Shown here piece by piece: positions 9,451 through 25,357 of a DNA stretch of 64,000 bases. Positions within the stretch are counted from its first letter, which is position 1; each line of letters opens with the position of its first letter. Source of the DNA: Alphaproteobacteria bacterium (GTDB taxonomy: Bacteria > Pseudomonadota > Alphaproteobacteria > Rs-D84); the NCBI GenBank assembly GCA_031555055.1, contig JAVBUT010000008.1, positions 3,354 through 67,353 of the forward strand, in the 5' to 3' direction. A program made the translations under genes and the position numbers. Under the pieces are notes generated by a model that saw nothing but the letters and a program-made list of their open reading frames with translations, was not told where the DNA came from and searched no databases.

Positions 9451-9702
9451 CTACAGATTTGGTTCACCGTCTTCCGATGGTGGAATGTATTTCATGAAAT
9501 CTTGGAAATTCGATCCTGTGGCTGACAAGACCTTGGCCAGGCTGTGCGTACTGGGCCAGCGTTGCTTGCCGTCGCGCGACCACCTTTTGCTTTTGTTAAA
9601 CGTTGTCGGGTCCAGCCCGCTGTTCTTGGCCAAACCGGAACAGGAAAAATTATGCGCGCCTGCGAAACATTCTATGGCTTTCCATATCGAATCATGTGTC
9701 AT
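9451..9702 (-). pseudogene. Truncated Cro/CI-type HTH regulator (N-terminal domain of an HTH-S24 peptidase-type repressor)
   Basis: MTHDSIWKAIECFAGAHNFSCSGLAKNSGLDPTTFNKSKRWSRDGKQRWPSTHSLAKVL matches the N-terminus of alphaproteobacterial HTH-S24 regulators of about 210-220 aa (length from memory). The ORF ends after 83 aa at a TAG that lies in the CTAC following the repeat copy. Confidence 0.55.
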
Positions 9703-9903
9703 ATCATCTCTCCATGTGACTGATAACATAAGGATATCAAACAATGCTTTCTAATTATGATTGAATTATGAAAATATTTCAATTTAAATTTAAAAGTAAG
9801 AATTCCTACCATATAAAACCAAAAATGCGTCATTACAATTCGCTTTTGAATTCTCTGTACATCGGAAAAATATATACTACAATTTTAATACAGGAGAATA
9901 TAA

Positions 9904-10377
9904 ATGAGAGCATTAAAAGCACTGGGCGCAGTTGCCCTGATAATAACCGTTGGGGCGTGTGACAATACGACCAGCCGGGATATAGAATTTTCAAAGCTTA
10001 ATAATTTTTTTGTACGAAATGATGTGGTGCTGACTTCGTTTGAAAACCAGTTCGTCATAAACGACAAAAATGAATTCGACAAAATGTTCGGTATGGCGCG
10101 CACGATGGGCAACACAATTACGCCAGTGGATTTTTCAAAGTACTTTGTTGCCGCGATCATAATGGATGAAACCGGCCGCGAAACCGAACTGAACATACAA
10201 TCCGTCCAAGAACAAAACAACGATCTGTATATCAAATATACGATAGAGCGCGGACCGGAACGTTCATACACATCCATTCCGTTTGACGCGGTAAAGATTG
10301 AGCGCGGAAATTATAAAAGCATAATGTTCTATGAAGTGAATACTTTAAAAAAAACAATTTCTTTGACTGACAACTAG
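9904..10377 (+). CDS. Lipoprotein (157 aa), function unknown
   Basis: RBS AGGAGA. MRALKALGAVALIITVGAC lipobox. Confidence 0.65.
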   Translation: MRALKALGAVALIITVGACDNTTSRDIEFSKLNNFFVRNDVVLTSFENQFVINDKNEFDKMFGMARTMGNTITPVDFSKYFVAAIIMDETGRETELNIQSVQEQNNDLYIKYTIERGPERSYTSIPFDAVKIERGNYKSIMFYEVNTLKKTISLTDN

Positions 10378-10395
10378 CCATTTGAAACCGGGCAG

Positions 10396-10427
10396 AAACC
10401 GCGCGACTTTATCCGGCGCGGTTTTTT
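10396..10427 (+). terminator. Intrinsic terminator
   Basis: AAACCGCGC-loop-GCGCGGTTT followed by a T-run. Confidence 0.7.
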
Positions 10428-10434
10428 ATATTTT

Positions 10435-10461
10435 AAAACGCCCGAACGGGCGTTTTTTTTT
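10435..10461. terminator. Bidirectional terminator (A-run, AACGCCC-GAA-CGGGCGTT, T-run)
   Basis: Lies between the convergent lipoprotein gene and plsX. Confidence 0.7.
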
Positions 10462-10463
10462 AA

Positions 10464-11531
10464 TTACTCTGTATCGCGCAGTTTTGCTTTGATCGCGGCG
10501 GTACTGTCGACCCAATCGCGTATTTGTTCTTTGAAGTTCGCGCCGGACAGATCGACCGCATATTTGATCGAATTCGCAAAGGCCAGCGCATCGCTGTTAC
10601 CATGCGTTTTTACCGCGAATCCGTTCAGCCCCAAAAACACGGCGCCCGCATATGAACGCGGATCGATTTTATGCTTTAATCTTTTGAATACATGGACCAG
10701 GAAAAACGCGCCGATAATCGCCAGAATGGATTTCTTTAAATTATCCACCAGAACACGTTTGATCAATCTGGCGGTGCCTTCGATCGTTTTCAGCACGATA
10801 TTGCCTGTAAAGCCGTCGGTTACGACAACGTGCACGTTTCCGCCACCGATATCGTTTCCTTCGACAAAGCCGATATAATCATACGGCAATTTGTCTTTAT
10901 GTTCCGTCAACAGCTTGTTCAATCTCTGCAGGGTTTCGTTACCCTTGGTTTCTTCTTCGCCAATATTTAAAATACCAACGCGCGGATGGTGCATTTTTCC
11001 GATAACGTCGGCATAAACCCCACCCAGCAAAGCGAAATCAAACAGCACTTCTTCGTCGCACTGGACATTCGCCCCCAGGTCCAAAATAACAACACGCTGG
11101 TCCCCGCCACCGGAAGGCATCATTGTTGTGATCGCCGGGCGTGATATTCCGTCGATTGTCTTCAGCGCCAGTTTCGACAGCGCCATCAGAACACCGGTGT
11201 TACCCGCGCTGACCACGGCGGAAGAATTTCCTTCGCGCACATCCTTGATCGCCATGTACATGGAAGTGTTTTGCGCATTGCGGATAACATCGCGGACTTT
11301 GTCGTTGCCACGGATAACGTCAGGCGCATGAATAACCTCGCAATTACGGGCGACGCGCGGATATTTTTTCATCAGCCCGCGCAGAATTTTTTCATTGCCA
11401 AAGACGCGGAAAAACACGCCGTTCTCGCCATTTTGAAACAAGAACTGGTTCATGCCGCCCAATACGGCCACAGGCGCCTTGTCGCCGCCCATCGCATCAA
11501 TAGAGATGATTTTTTTGTTGTCGTTTGACAT
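10464..11531 (-). CDS. plsX: Phosphate acyltransferase PlsX
   Basis: IISIDAMGGDKAPVAVLGG, NIGEEETKGNE, DGFTGNIVLKTIEG. Start taken at MSNDNKK. Confidence 0.92.
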   Translation of the reverse strand: MSNDNKKIISIDAMGGDKAPVAVLGGMNQFLFQNGENGVFFRVFGNEKILRGLMKKYPRVARNCEVIHAPDVIRGNDKVRDVIRNAQNTSMYMAIKDVREGNSSAVVSAGNTGVLMALSKLALKTIDGISRPAITTMMPSGGGDQRVVILDLGANVQCDEEVLFDFALLGGVYADVIGKMHHPRVGILNIGEEETKGNETLQRLNKLLTEHKDKLPYDYIGFVEGNDIGGGNVHVVVTDGFTGNIVLKTIEGTARLIKRVLVDNLKKSILAIIGAFFLVHVFKRLKHKIDPRSYAGAVFLGLNGFAVKTHGNSDALAFANSIKYAVDLSGANFKEQIRDWVDSTAAIKAKLRDTE

Positions 11532-11543
11532 TGTATAATAAAA

Positions 11544-11622
11544 ATAACAATTAACATTTAACAAATAACAATTACAAAAGCAAGCCCCGGTAATTGTTAA
11601 ATGTTATTTGTTAATTGTTAAT
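11544..11622. repeat. Periodic hairpin, TAACAAT 7-mer family
   Basis: Arm ATAACAATTAACATTTAACAAATAACAATTAC and arm GTAATTGTTAAATGTTATTTGTTAATTGTTAAT. Fills the rpmF/plsX gap. Confidence 0.9.
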
Positions 11623-11771
11623 TATTTCGTTCCGCAAGCGGCGCAAACGTGATGCGGACGCTTTTTTTCACCGCATTTTTTACACAACGACGACGGCATG
11701 ATTGCGATCGCGTCGTGTGCGCGGCGCTGTGCGCTGCGTGCTTTGCTTGTTTTCTTTTTTGGTACTGCCAT
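11622..11771 (-). CDS. rpmF: 50S ribosomal protein L32 (49 aa, below the ORF-track cutoff)
   Basis: Hand translation gives MAVPKKKTSKARSAQRRAHDAIAIMPSSLCKKCGEKKRPHHVCAACGTK. Canonical position upstream of plsX. Confidence 0.88.
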   Translation of the reverse strand: MAVPKKKTSKARSAQRRAHDAIAIMPSSLCKKCGEKKRPHHVCAACGTK

Positions 11772-11834
11772 TTTAGGTATCCTTTTATTACAGTGTGTTA
11801 TTTTATTAATTTATTGGATGTTTGCAAGACAAAT

Positions 11835-12299
11835 TTAATCCGACAGAACGTGCGCGGTAAATATCCCGTGGTTATGCAACAGTCCGGTGACGGCGCTGTG
11901 ATCGTCCAAGGCCAGATAGAATTTGTATCCTTGGGCTTCCAGCTCGCGCACTTTTGCGACTTTGAATTCCGCGGTTGTGCCCGGCCAGTCGTGCGTTTTG
12001 CAAAAAACTTTCTTTTTTACATTCGGCAGCAATCCGTCCAAGAAATTTTCAACTTTTTCCAATCCCATGGCCCATCGGCCGGTGATAAATACAATCGTAA
12101 AATCACGCCCAAATGTTTCCAAAACGCGCACGATGTTTTCATTAGGCGCGCCAAACCGGTCAAAGTTCGCGCCAACCGTATCTAAAACTTCCTTTGGTGT
12201 GTTGCGCGTATCCTTTGGATCATAGCCCGCGATCGTAACCCCAAATTTCTTGGTTACGACGCCGTCAATGTCACAGAAAATTGCAGGAATTTGATTCAT
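11835..12299 (-). CDS. HAD-superfamily phosphatase (small, capless type)
   Basis: CDIDGVV (DxDxV), VFITGR, ALDDH motifs. Confidence 0.6.
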   Translation of the reverse strand: MNQIPAIFCDIDGVVTKKFGVTIAGYDPKDTRNTPKEVLDTVGANFDRFGAPNENIVRVLETFGRDFTIVFITGRWAMGLEKVENFLDGLLPNVKKKVFCKTHDWPGTTAEFKVAKVRELEAQGYKFYLALDDHSAVTGLLHNHGIFTAHVLSD

Positions 12300-12300
12300 A

Positions 12301-12363
12301 TCAGTGTCAGTGTCAGTGCCAGTGGAAGTGTCAGAAAGACATTAATCCACTGACACTGACACT
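12301..12363. repeat. Periodic hairpin, CAGTGY 6-mer family
   Basis: TCAGTGTCAGTGTCAGTGCCAGTGGAAGTGTCAG ... CACTGACACTGACACT. Lies between the HAD gene start and the rpoC stop. Confidence 0.85.
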
Positions 12364-12368
12364 TTTCG

Positions 12369-16478
<4,110 letters not shown>

Positions 16479-16496
16479 TTATTTTACTCCTTGTTA

Positions 16497-16557
16497 ATCG
16501 TGATTCGTGAACCGTGATTCGTGACTCGAATTACGAATCACGAATTACGAATCACGA

Positions 16558-16558
<1 letters not shown>
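16497..16558. repeat. Periodic hairpin, GTGATTC 7-mer family
   Basis: ATCGTGATTCGTGAACCGTGATTCGTGACTCG / AATTACGAATCACGAATTACGAATCACGAC. Fills the rpoB/rpoC gap. Confidence 0.9.
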
Positions 16559-20694
<4,136 letters not shown>

Positions 20695-20833
20695 TTAAAC
20701 ACTCCGTGTTAGTTAGCAGCTAGCAGTTACAAGGCAGGTTTATCATCTCTGCACGATGCGACTTCTAATTTGCGATGTTCGAATTAATAACTCAAGAATT
20801 ATCAGAATAATTCCAAAGTCATCAAGAAACGTA

Positions 20834-20885
20834 TGTAGGGGCGGCTGGAAAGCCGCCCAAGGGCGCGTTTCCACGCGCCCCTACA
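20834..20885. repeat. Double REP hairpin (TAGGGGCGG..CCGCCC-AA-GGGCGCG..CGCGCCCCTA)
   Basis: TGTAGGGGCGGCTGGAAAGCCGCCCAAGGGCGCGTTTCCACGCGCCCCTACA in the rplL/rpoB gap. Confidence 0.85.
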
Positions 20886-20892
20886 TATTGAA

Positions 20893-21258
20893 CTATTTCA
20901 GTTCTACTTTGGCACCGGCGGCTTCCAATGTCGCTTTCAATTTTTCAGCTTCATCTTTTGCTACGCCTTCTTTTACTGCCTTTGGTGCAGATTCAACCAA
21001 GGCTTTTGCTTCGCCCAGGCCCAATCCTGTGATGTCTTTCACAGCTTTGATAACACCCAATTTGTTCGCACCGGCATCTGCCAATACTACGTTAAATTCG
21101 GTTTTTTCTTCTGCTGCTGCGGCGGCTGGACCGGCGGCTACTGCTACTGCAGCGGCTGCGGATACGCCCCACGCTTCTTCCAAGGCCTTGGACAGTTCAA
21201 CTGCTTCCAAAACGCTCAGTTTTGACAATTCTTCAACTAATTTTTTAATATCAGCCAT
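20893..21258 (-). CDS. rplL: 50S ribosomal protein L7/L12
   Basis: [36 protein letters not shown]...KVELK. Confidence 0.96.
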   Translation of the reverse strand: MADIKKLVEELSKLSVLEAVELSKALEEAWGVSAAAAVAVAAGPAAAAAEEKTEFNVVLADAGANKLGVIKAVKDITGLGLGEAKALVESAPKAVKEGVAKDEAEKLKATLEAAGAKVELK

Positions 21259-21274
21259 TTCATTTACCTTTTTT

Positions 21275-21340
21275 TAGTGACAGTGACAGTGACAGTGCCA
21301 GTATTTTGGGATTTCCCCACTGACACAGACACTGACACTA
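21275..21340. repeat. Periodic hairpin, GTGACA/CAGTGY 6-mer family
   Basis: TAGTGACAGTGACAGTGACAGTGCCAGT ... CCACTGACACAGACACTGACACTA. The right arm contains the rplJ TAG stop. Confidence 0.88.
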
Positions 21341-21820
21341 ATTATTTTTCTTTCCATATTCCGCAGAAACACGGGCCAAGCGTGATCCAGGTTCGACCAA
21401 GATACGCGCGATTGTGCCGCGAATTTCCAACAGTGATGGAAGCTTGGACAACTGCATAACGCCGTCTGCATTTAAAAGATCAGCATCCATTTTTCCGCCG
21501 ACGATCAACAGTTTCGGATTAGTTTCTGCAAACTTTGCCAAAACCTTGGTAACAGCCAACGCGTCTGTCGCGATTGCCACAGCCGTCGGACGTTTCATCA
21601 ATGCGGATACAGGTGCGAATTCGGTGTCATTTACCGCCAATTTAAACAAGCGGTTTTTAACGACCTTGAATACAGAAACGAACGGGCGCAATTCCTTGCG
21701 CAGTCCTTCGAACTGTTTCACTGTCAAACCGTCGTTTTCAATAACGAAAACACCGTTTGCATCTTTTAATGACGACTGTAACGTTGAAATCAAATCTGAT
21801 TTTTCTTCACGTCTCATCAT
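21338..21820 (-). CDS. rplJ: 50S ribosomal protein L10
   Basis: MMRREEKSDLISTLQSSLKDANGVFVIENDGLTVKQFEGLRKELR. Start at MM with RBS AGGTGA; the longer ORF start lies inside a repeat. Confidence 0.9.
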   Translation of the reverse strand: MMRREEKSDLISTLQSSLKDANGVFVIENDGLTVKQFEGLRKELRPFVSVFKVVKNRLFKLAVNDTEFAPVSALMKRPTAVAIATDALAVTKVLAKFAETNPKLLIVGGKMDADLLNADGVMQLSKLPSLLEIRGTIARILVEPGSRLARVSAEYGKKNN

Positions 21821-21835
21821 TTCACCTTTGGTGAA

Positions 21836-21927
21836 AATGTGCAATGTGCAATGTGCAATGTTCAATTGGTAAGTGCGCTGTGTGCGGTTTTATCTAATTG
21901 AACTTTGAACTTTGAACCTTGAACATT
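21836..21927. repeat. Periodic hairpin, TGTGCAA / TTCAAAG 7-mer family (imperfect)
   Basis: (TGTGCAA)x3-TGTTCAATTGG, a 27-nt loop, then AATTGAACTTTGAACTTTGAACCTTGAACATT. Confidence 0.8.
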
Positions 21928-22047
21928 CCTGTTAATTTTCCATCTTTCGATGGGGCTCTTTCGTGTCCCAAAAGAGCTTTTATCTCTTTTGTCTATGACG
22001 GAAATTAAAGTCTTGCGACCACCGTCAGTCTCGGACAGAAATTCTTT

Positions 22048-22108
22048 ACGTGACTCGTAATTCGTGATTCGTAATTCGAGTTACGATTCACGAGTCACGA
22101 ATTACGAC
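22048..22108. repeat. Periodic hairpin, GTGATTC 7-mer family
   Basis: ACGTGACTCGTAATTCGTGATTCGTAATTCG / AGTTACGATTCACGAGTCACGAATTACGAC. Abuts the rplA TAG stop. Confidence 0.9.
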
Positions 22109-22782
22109 TATTTTGCTTCTACCTTCAGGCCCGGTCCCTGTGTCGTGGATACGGCGCAAGAAATGATATACTGGCCTTTGGTCGAAGACGGTTTTACCTT
22201 TTTCAACTGTTCAATCAGCGCGGCGACGTTTTCCGCCAACTGCTCTGTCTTGAATGACATTTTGCCAACAGCGGCGTGAACGATACCGTTCTTTTCCGGA
22301 CGATATTCGATCTGGCCTGCTTTCGCAACCTTGACGGCATCAGCAATATTGTTTGTAACCGTGCCCAATTTCGGATTCGGCATCAGACCCTTGGGCCCCA
22401 ATACGCGTGCAACCTTGGACATTTTCGGCATCATATCCGGTGTCGCGATAACGCGATCGAATTCCATGAAACCGCCGGCGACCTTTTCAATCAGCTCGTC
22501 ACCGCCGACAACATCGGCGCCCGCTTTTTTAGCATCGTCCTGTTTGTCGTTTGTAAATACGGCGACGCGAACCTTTTTGCCCGTGCCATGCGGCAAGGAC
22601 AGCATTCCGCGAATATTCTGATCGGCCTTGGTCACATCAATGCCCAAGCGGACGGCAACTTCCAATGATTCGTCGAATTTCTTGGACGCAAAGCCGCGCA
22701 ACGTTTCGATTGCGTCATTAACGCTGTAAACTTTTTCAGCGTCCAGTTTTGACCAAGTCTGGTGTTTTTTTGTAATTTTCAT
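22108..22782 (-). CDS. rplA: 50S ribosomal protein L1
   Basis: FDESLEVAVRLGIDVTKADQNIRGMLSLPHGTGKKVRVAVF. Confidence 0.96.
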   Translation of the reverse strand: MKITKKHQTWSKLDAEKVYSVNDAIETLRGFASKKFDESLEVAVRLGIDVTKADQNIRGMLSLPHGTGKKVRVAVFTNDKQDDAKKAGADVVGGDELIEKVAGGFMEFDRVIATPDMMPKMSKVARVLGPKGLMPNPKLGTVTNNIADAVKVAKAGQIEYRPEKNGIVHAAVGKMSFKTEQLAENVAALIEQLKKVKPSSTKGQYIISCAVSTTQGPGLKVEAK

Positions 22783-22786
22783 GATC

Positions 22787-23218
22787 TTACTCCTCTACCT
22801 TTACGCCCATGGAACGGCATTGACCGGCGACGATGTTCATCGCAGATTCAATGGTAGAGCAATTCAAATCAGGCATTTTTCCTTCGGCAATTTTCTGGAT
22901 TGCGGCCTTGGAAATTGTGCCAACAAAATCACGGCCCGGTTTTTTGGACCCGGATTTCAGCTTCAGTTCCTTTTTGATAAAGTACGAAACCGGCGGCAGC
23001 TTCATGATAAATTCAAACGAACGGTCTGTATAAACCGTGATGACGCAAGGGATCGGCATACCCGGTTCCTTGTCGGATGTTTTATCATTAAATTGTTTGC
23101 AGAATTCGGCGATGTTAACACCCGCCGCACCCAATGCCGGCCCAATTGGCGGCGATGGATTTGCTTGTTTTGCAGGAACGACCAACTTGACCATCCCTTT
23201 GACTTCTTTTTTTGCCAT
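22787..23218 (-). CDS. rplK: 50S ribosomal protein L11
   Basis: [34 protein letters not shown]. Confidence 0.96.
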   Translation of the reverse strand: MAKKEVKGMVKLVVPAKQANPSPPIGPALGAAGVNIAEFCKQFNDKTSDKEPGMPIPCVITVYTDRSFEFIMKLPPVSYFIKKELKLKSGSKKPGRDFVGTISKAAIQKIAEGKMPDLNCSTIESAMNIVAGQCRSMGVKVEE

Positions 23219-23232
23219 TTTAACACTCCGTG

Positions 23233-23378
23233 TTATTTCTGATTTATGATTTCTGATTTCTGATTTGAATCAGACCATAATCATCATCAGGATTAGAGTT
23301 TGTGGTGCGATGTTGGCACATCTTCCACGCTTTTTTCGATCTATGAAATCAGAAATCCGAAATCATAAATCAGAAATC
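23233..23378. repeat. Periodic hairpin, TCTGATT 7-mer family, about 34-nt arms with about 70-nt loop
   Basis: TTATTTCTGATTTATGATTTCTGATTTCTGATTT ... GAAATCAGAAATCCGAAATCATAAATCAGAAATC. Fills the nusG/rplK gap. Confidence 0.88.
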
Positions 23379-23379
23379 T

Positions 23380-23913
23380 TTAAACCTTTTCCACCTGGCT
23401 GAAATCCAACGATACGCTGGTTTCGCGGCCAAATACTAAAATAGTAACGGTCATTTTTTGCTTTACGTTATCAACTTCGGTGACAATTCCGTTGAATCCG
23501 TTGAACGGTCCGTCAATAGAGCGGACTTCCTGGCCGACTTCGTATATCGTTTCATCAGAAACGATGCTGCCTTCTTCGGTCTGTTTGATCAGACGGCGGG
23601 CCTCGGTTTCACTGACCGCGATCGGTTTGTTTTTCTGTCCCAGGAACATAACAACCTGGGGCATCAGTTTAACCAGGGAAAACGTTTCGTTTGTCATAAC
23701 CATCTGGACGATGATGTATCCCGGGAAAAATTTCTTTTCAGACTTTACGCGCTTGCCGGCCTTGATTTCGGTCACTTCGCGCGTCGGAACCAAGATTTCG
23801 CCGAACATCGCGTTCAGACGACGCTTGTCGATCTGTTCGCGCAAACCGCGTGCAACCTTGTCTTCACATCCGGTGTGAACGTTAACAACAAACCATTGCA
23901 TCGTGCCTTCCAT
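23380..23913 (-). CDS. nusG: Transcription termination/antitermination factor NusG
   Basis: MQWFVVNVHTGCEDKV, KKFFPGYIIVQM, and KOW-like GQEVRSIDGPFNGFNGIVTEV. An alternative start at 23901 is equally plausible. Confidence 0.93.
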   Translation of the reverse strand: MEGTMQWFVVNVHTGCEDKVARGLREQIDKRRLNAMFGEILVPTREVTEIKAGKRVKSEKKFFPGYIIVQMVMTNETFSLVKLMPQVVMFLGQKNKPIAVSETEARRLIKQTEEGSIVSDETIYEVGQEVRSIDGPFNGFNGIVTEVDNVKQKMTVTILVFGRETSVSLDFSQVEKV

Positions 23914-23934
23914 CTTTGTCCCTTTTGTGTTCCG

Positions 23935-24114
23935 TTAAAAAATCCATCCGACGATCGCGTTCAGAACGCTGTCGGTCAAAAAGAAAAACAGCGCCGCCAG
24001 TGCGGAAAATATCAGAATCATGATAGTCGTGCGAACAACCGTATCGCGCGTCGGCCAAACGATTTTGAACCATTCGCTGCGCACTGATTTGATATATTCA
24101 AGTATTTTCTTCAT
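23935..24114 (-). CDS. secE: Preprotein translocase subunit SecE (59 aa)
   Basis: MKKILEYIKSVRSEWFKIVWPTRDTVVRTTIMILIFSALAALFFFLTD. The longer ORF would overlap tRNA-Trp. Confidence 0.85.
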   Translation of the reverse strand: MKKILEYIKSVRSEWFKIVWPTRDTVVRTTIMILIFSALAALFFFLTDSVLNAIVGWIF

Positions 24115-24210
24115 GTTTATCTCGTATTTGGCCCGACCTTCGCCCTGGGGGCTTCGGTGGGCACTAAATTTTCTCAAACTCGCGCTTTTGCGCTCGCTAG
24201 CGAAAATTTG

Positions 24211-24284
24211 TGGCAGGGGCAGAAGGAATCGAACCCTCATCAGCGGTTTTGGAGACCGTTATTCTACCATTGAACCATGCCCCT
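24211..24284 (-). tRNA. tRNA-Trp (anticodon CCA)
   Basis: Reverse complement is AGGGGCATGGTTCAATGGTAGAATAACGGTCTCCAAAACCGCTGATGAGGGTTCGATTCCTTCTGCCCCTGCCA. Canonical position upstream of secE. Confidence 0.9.
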
Positions 24285-24459
24285 TCAAACGGCTTTCAGC
24301 GGCAAAAAACCAGCCAGAATCAATAAACTATTGTCTGTCGGATATCTGCCAAAACGCTGGATTTCTGACCCATCGCTCGCGCTAATTTATCACAGTTTTC
24401 AGAAAAATCAAGCGGAAAGTATTATAAAGCTTCCGTCTTTTCGACGCAAGTGGTTTTTT

Positions 24460-24620
24460 AGGGATCAGGAATCAGTCAAAAGGAATCAGGAATTAGTAGG
24501 GGCGCATATTTGCGCCCTCTTTATTTTTGACTGGATTGCCACGTCGCTGACGCTCCTCGCAAAGACGGATTTGTGCTTAATCGCTAATTCCTATCGACTA
24601 ATTCCTAATTCCTGATTCCT
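24460..24620. repeat. Composite: TGATTCC-family periodic hairpin with two other palindromic elements nested in its loop
   Basis: Arms at 24460-24496 and 24582-24620. REP TAGGGGCGCATATTTGCGCCC at 24495-24517. GACTGGATTGCC..CTCGCAAAGACGG element at 24529-24568. Confidence 0.85.
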
Positions 24621-24686
24621 AAAAAAAAGGCTTGCGCCGGCAATGGCTTTTTTTCTACAATCGGTTAACAGGAGAGATTTTGCAGT

Positions 24687-25352
24687 ATGGCAGATAGCGT
24701 AGAACCACCGGTTTTGCTGTCCAGATTGATGACATTTGTATTCGCGGCCGCGGCCGTGGTTGTTGTCGTATTGATTGTGACTTTGGCGAAAATGTATCCG
24801 CTGAACCGGACCCAGGTATTTTTTTTGACGACACAACCGCGCAACGATCTGGAAATAAAACTGTCTTCTTTTTCGCCCGACACCCAGAATCTGGAAACCT
24901 ATAAACAAGCCTTTGTCAAAGAATACATCAAGGCACGCAACGAAATCATTCCGAACGCCGGTGTAATGCAGAACAAATGGAACACTTCTGGAACTGTTTA
25001 CATGTGGTCCACGCCAGAAATATACGACGCATTCGCGCAAACCGCGATGTGGACGGCGTACATGAATGACATACCTGATTTCGAATTCAGATGCCCTGTG
25101 GAATTCACAGGTGTCACGTTGCGCACTGAAAACACATACGCCGTAAAATTCAAGTATTTTTGCACAAATAGTAATGGACAAGACGGTGGCGAAAATTCTA
25201 CAATCACTGTGAAAAAGGACTATACGATTGTTGTTCGGTTGCAAATCGAAGATACGATCAAATGGACAGACCGATTACAAAACCCACTGGGGCTGCGGGT
25301 TTCCGGATACACGATCGAATCCGGCGACGGCGATCCACTTGATTTCAAGTAA
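24687..25352 (+). CDS. virB8: Type IV secretion system protein VirB8 family
   Basis: Short N-terminus, one TM segment (FVFAAAAVVVVVLIVTLA), periplasmic domain ending in the family hallmark NPLGLRVSGYTIES. RBS AGGAGAG. Confidence 0.8.
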   Translation: MADSVEPPVLLSRLMTFVFAAAAVVVVVLIVTLAKMYPLNRTQVFFLTTQPRNDLEIKLSSFSPDTQNLETYKQAFVKEYIKARNEIIPNAGVMQNKWNTSGTVYMWSTPEIYDAFAQTAMWTAYMNDIPDFEFRCPVEFTGVTLRTENTYAVKFKYFCTNSNGQDGGENSTITVKKDYTIVVRLQIEDTIKWTDRLQNPLGLRVSGYTIESGDGDPLDFK

Positions 25353-25357
25353 AACTT

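Noticed and set aside
11649-12185. Plus-strand 178-aa ORF
   Set aside because: It overlaps rpmF and the HAD phosphatase gene on the opposite strand. rpmF is supported by a full-length L32 translation and by its position upstream of plsX.
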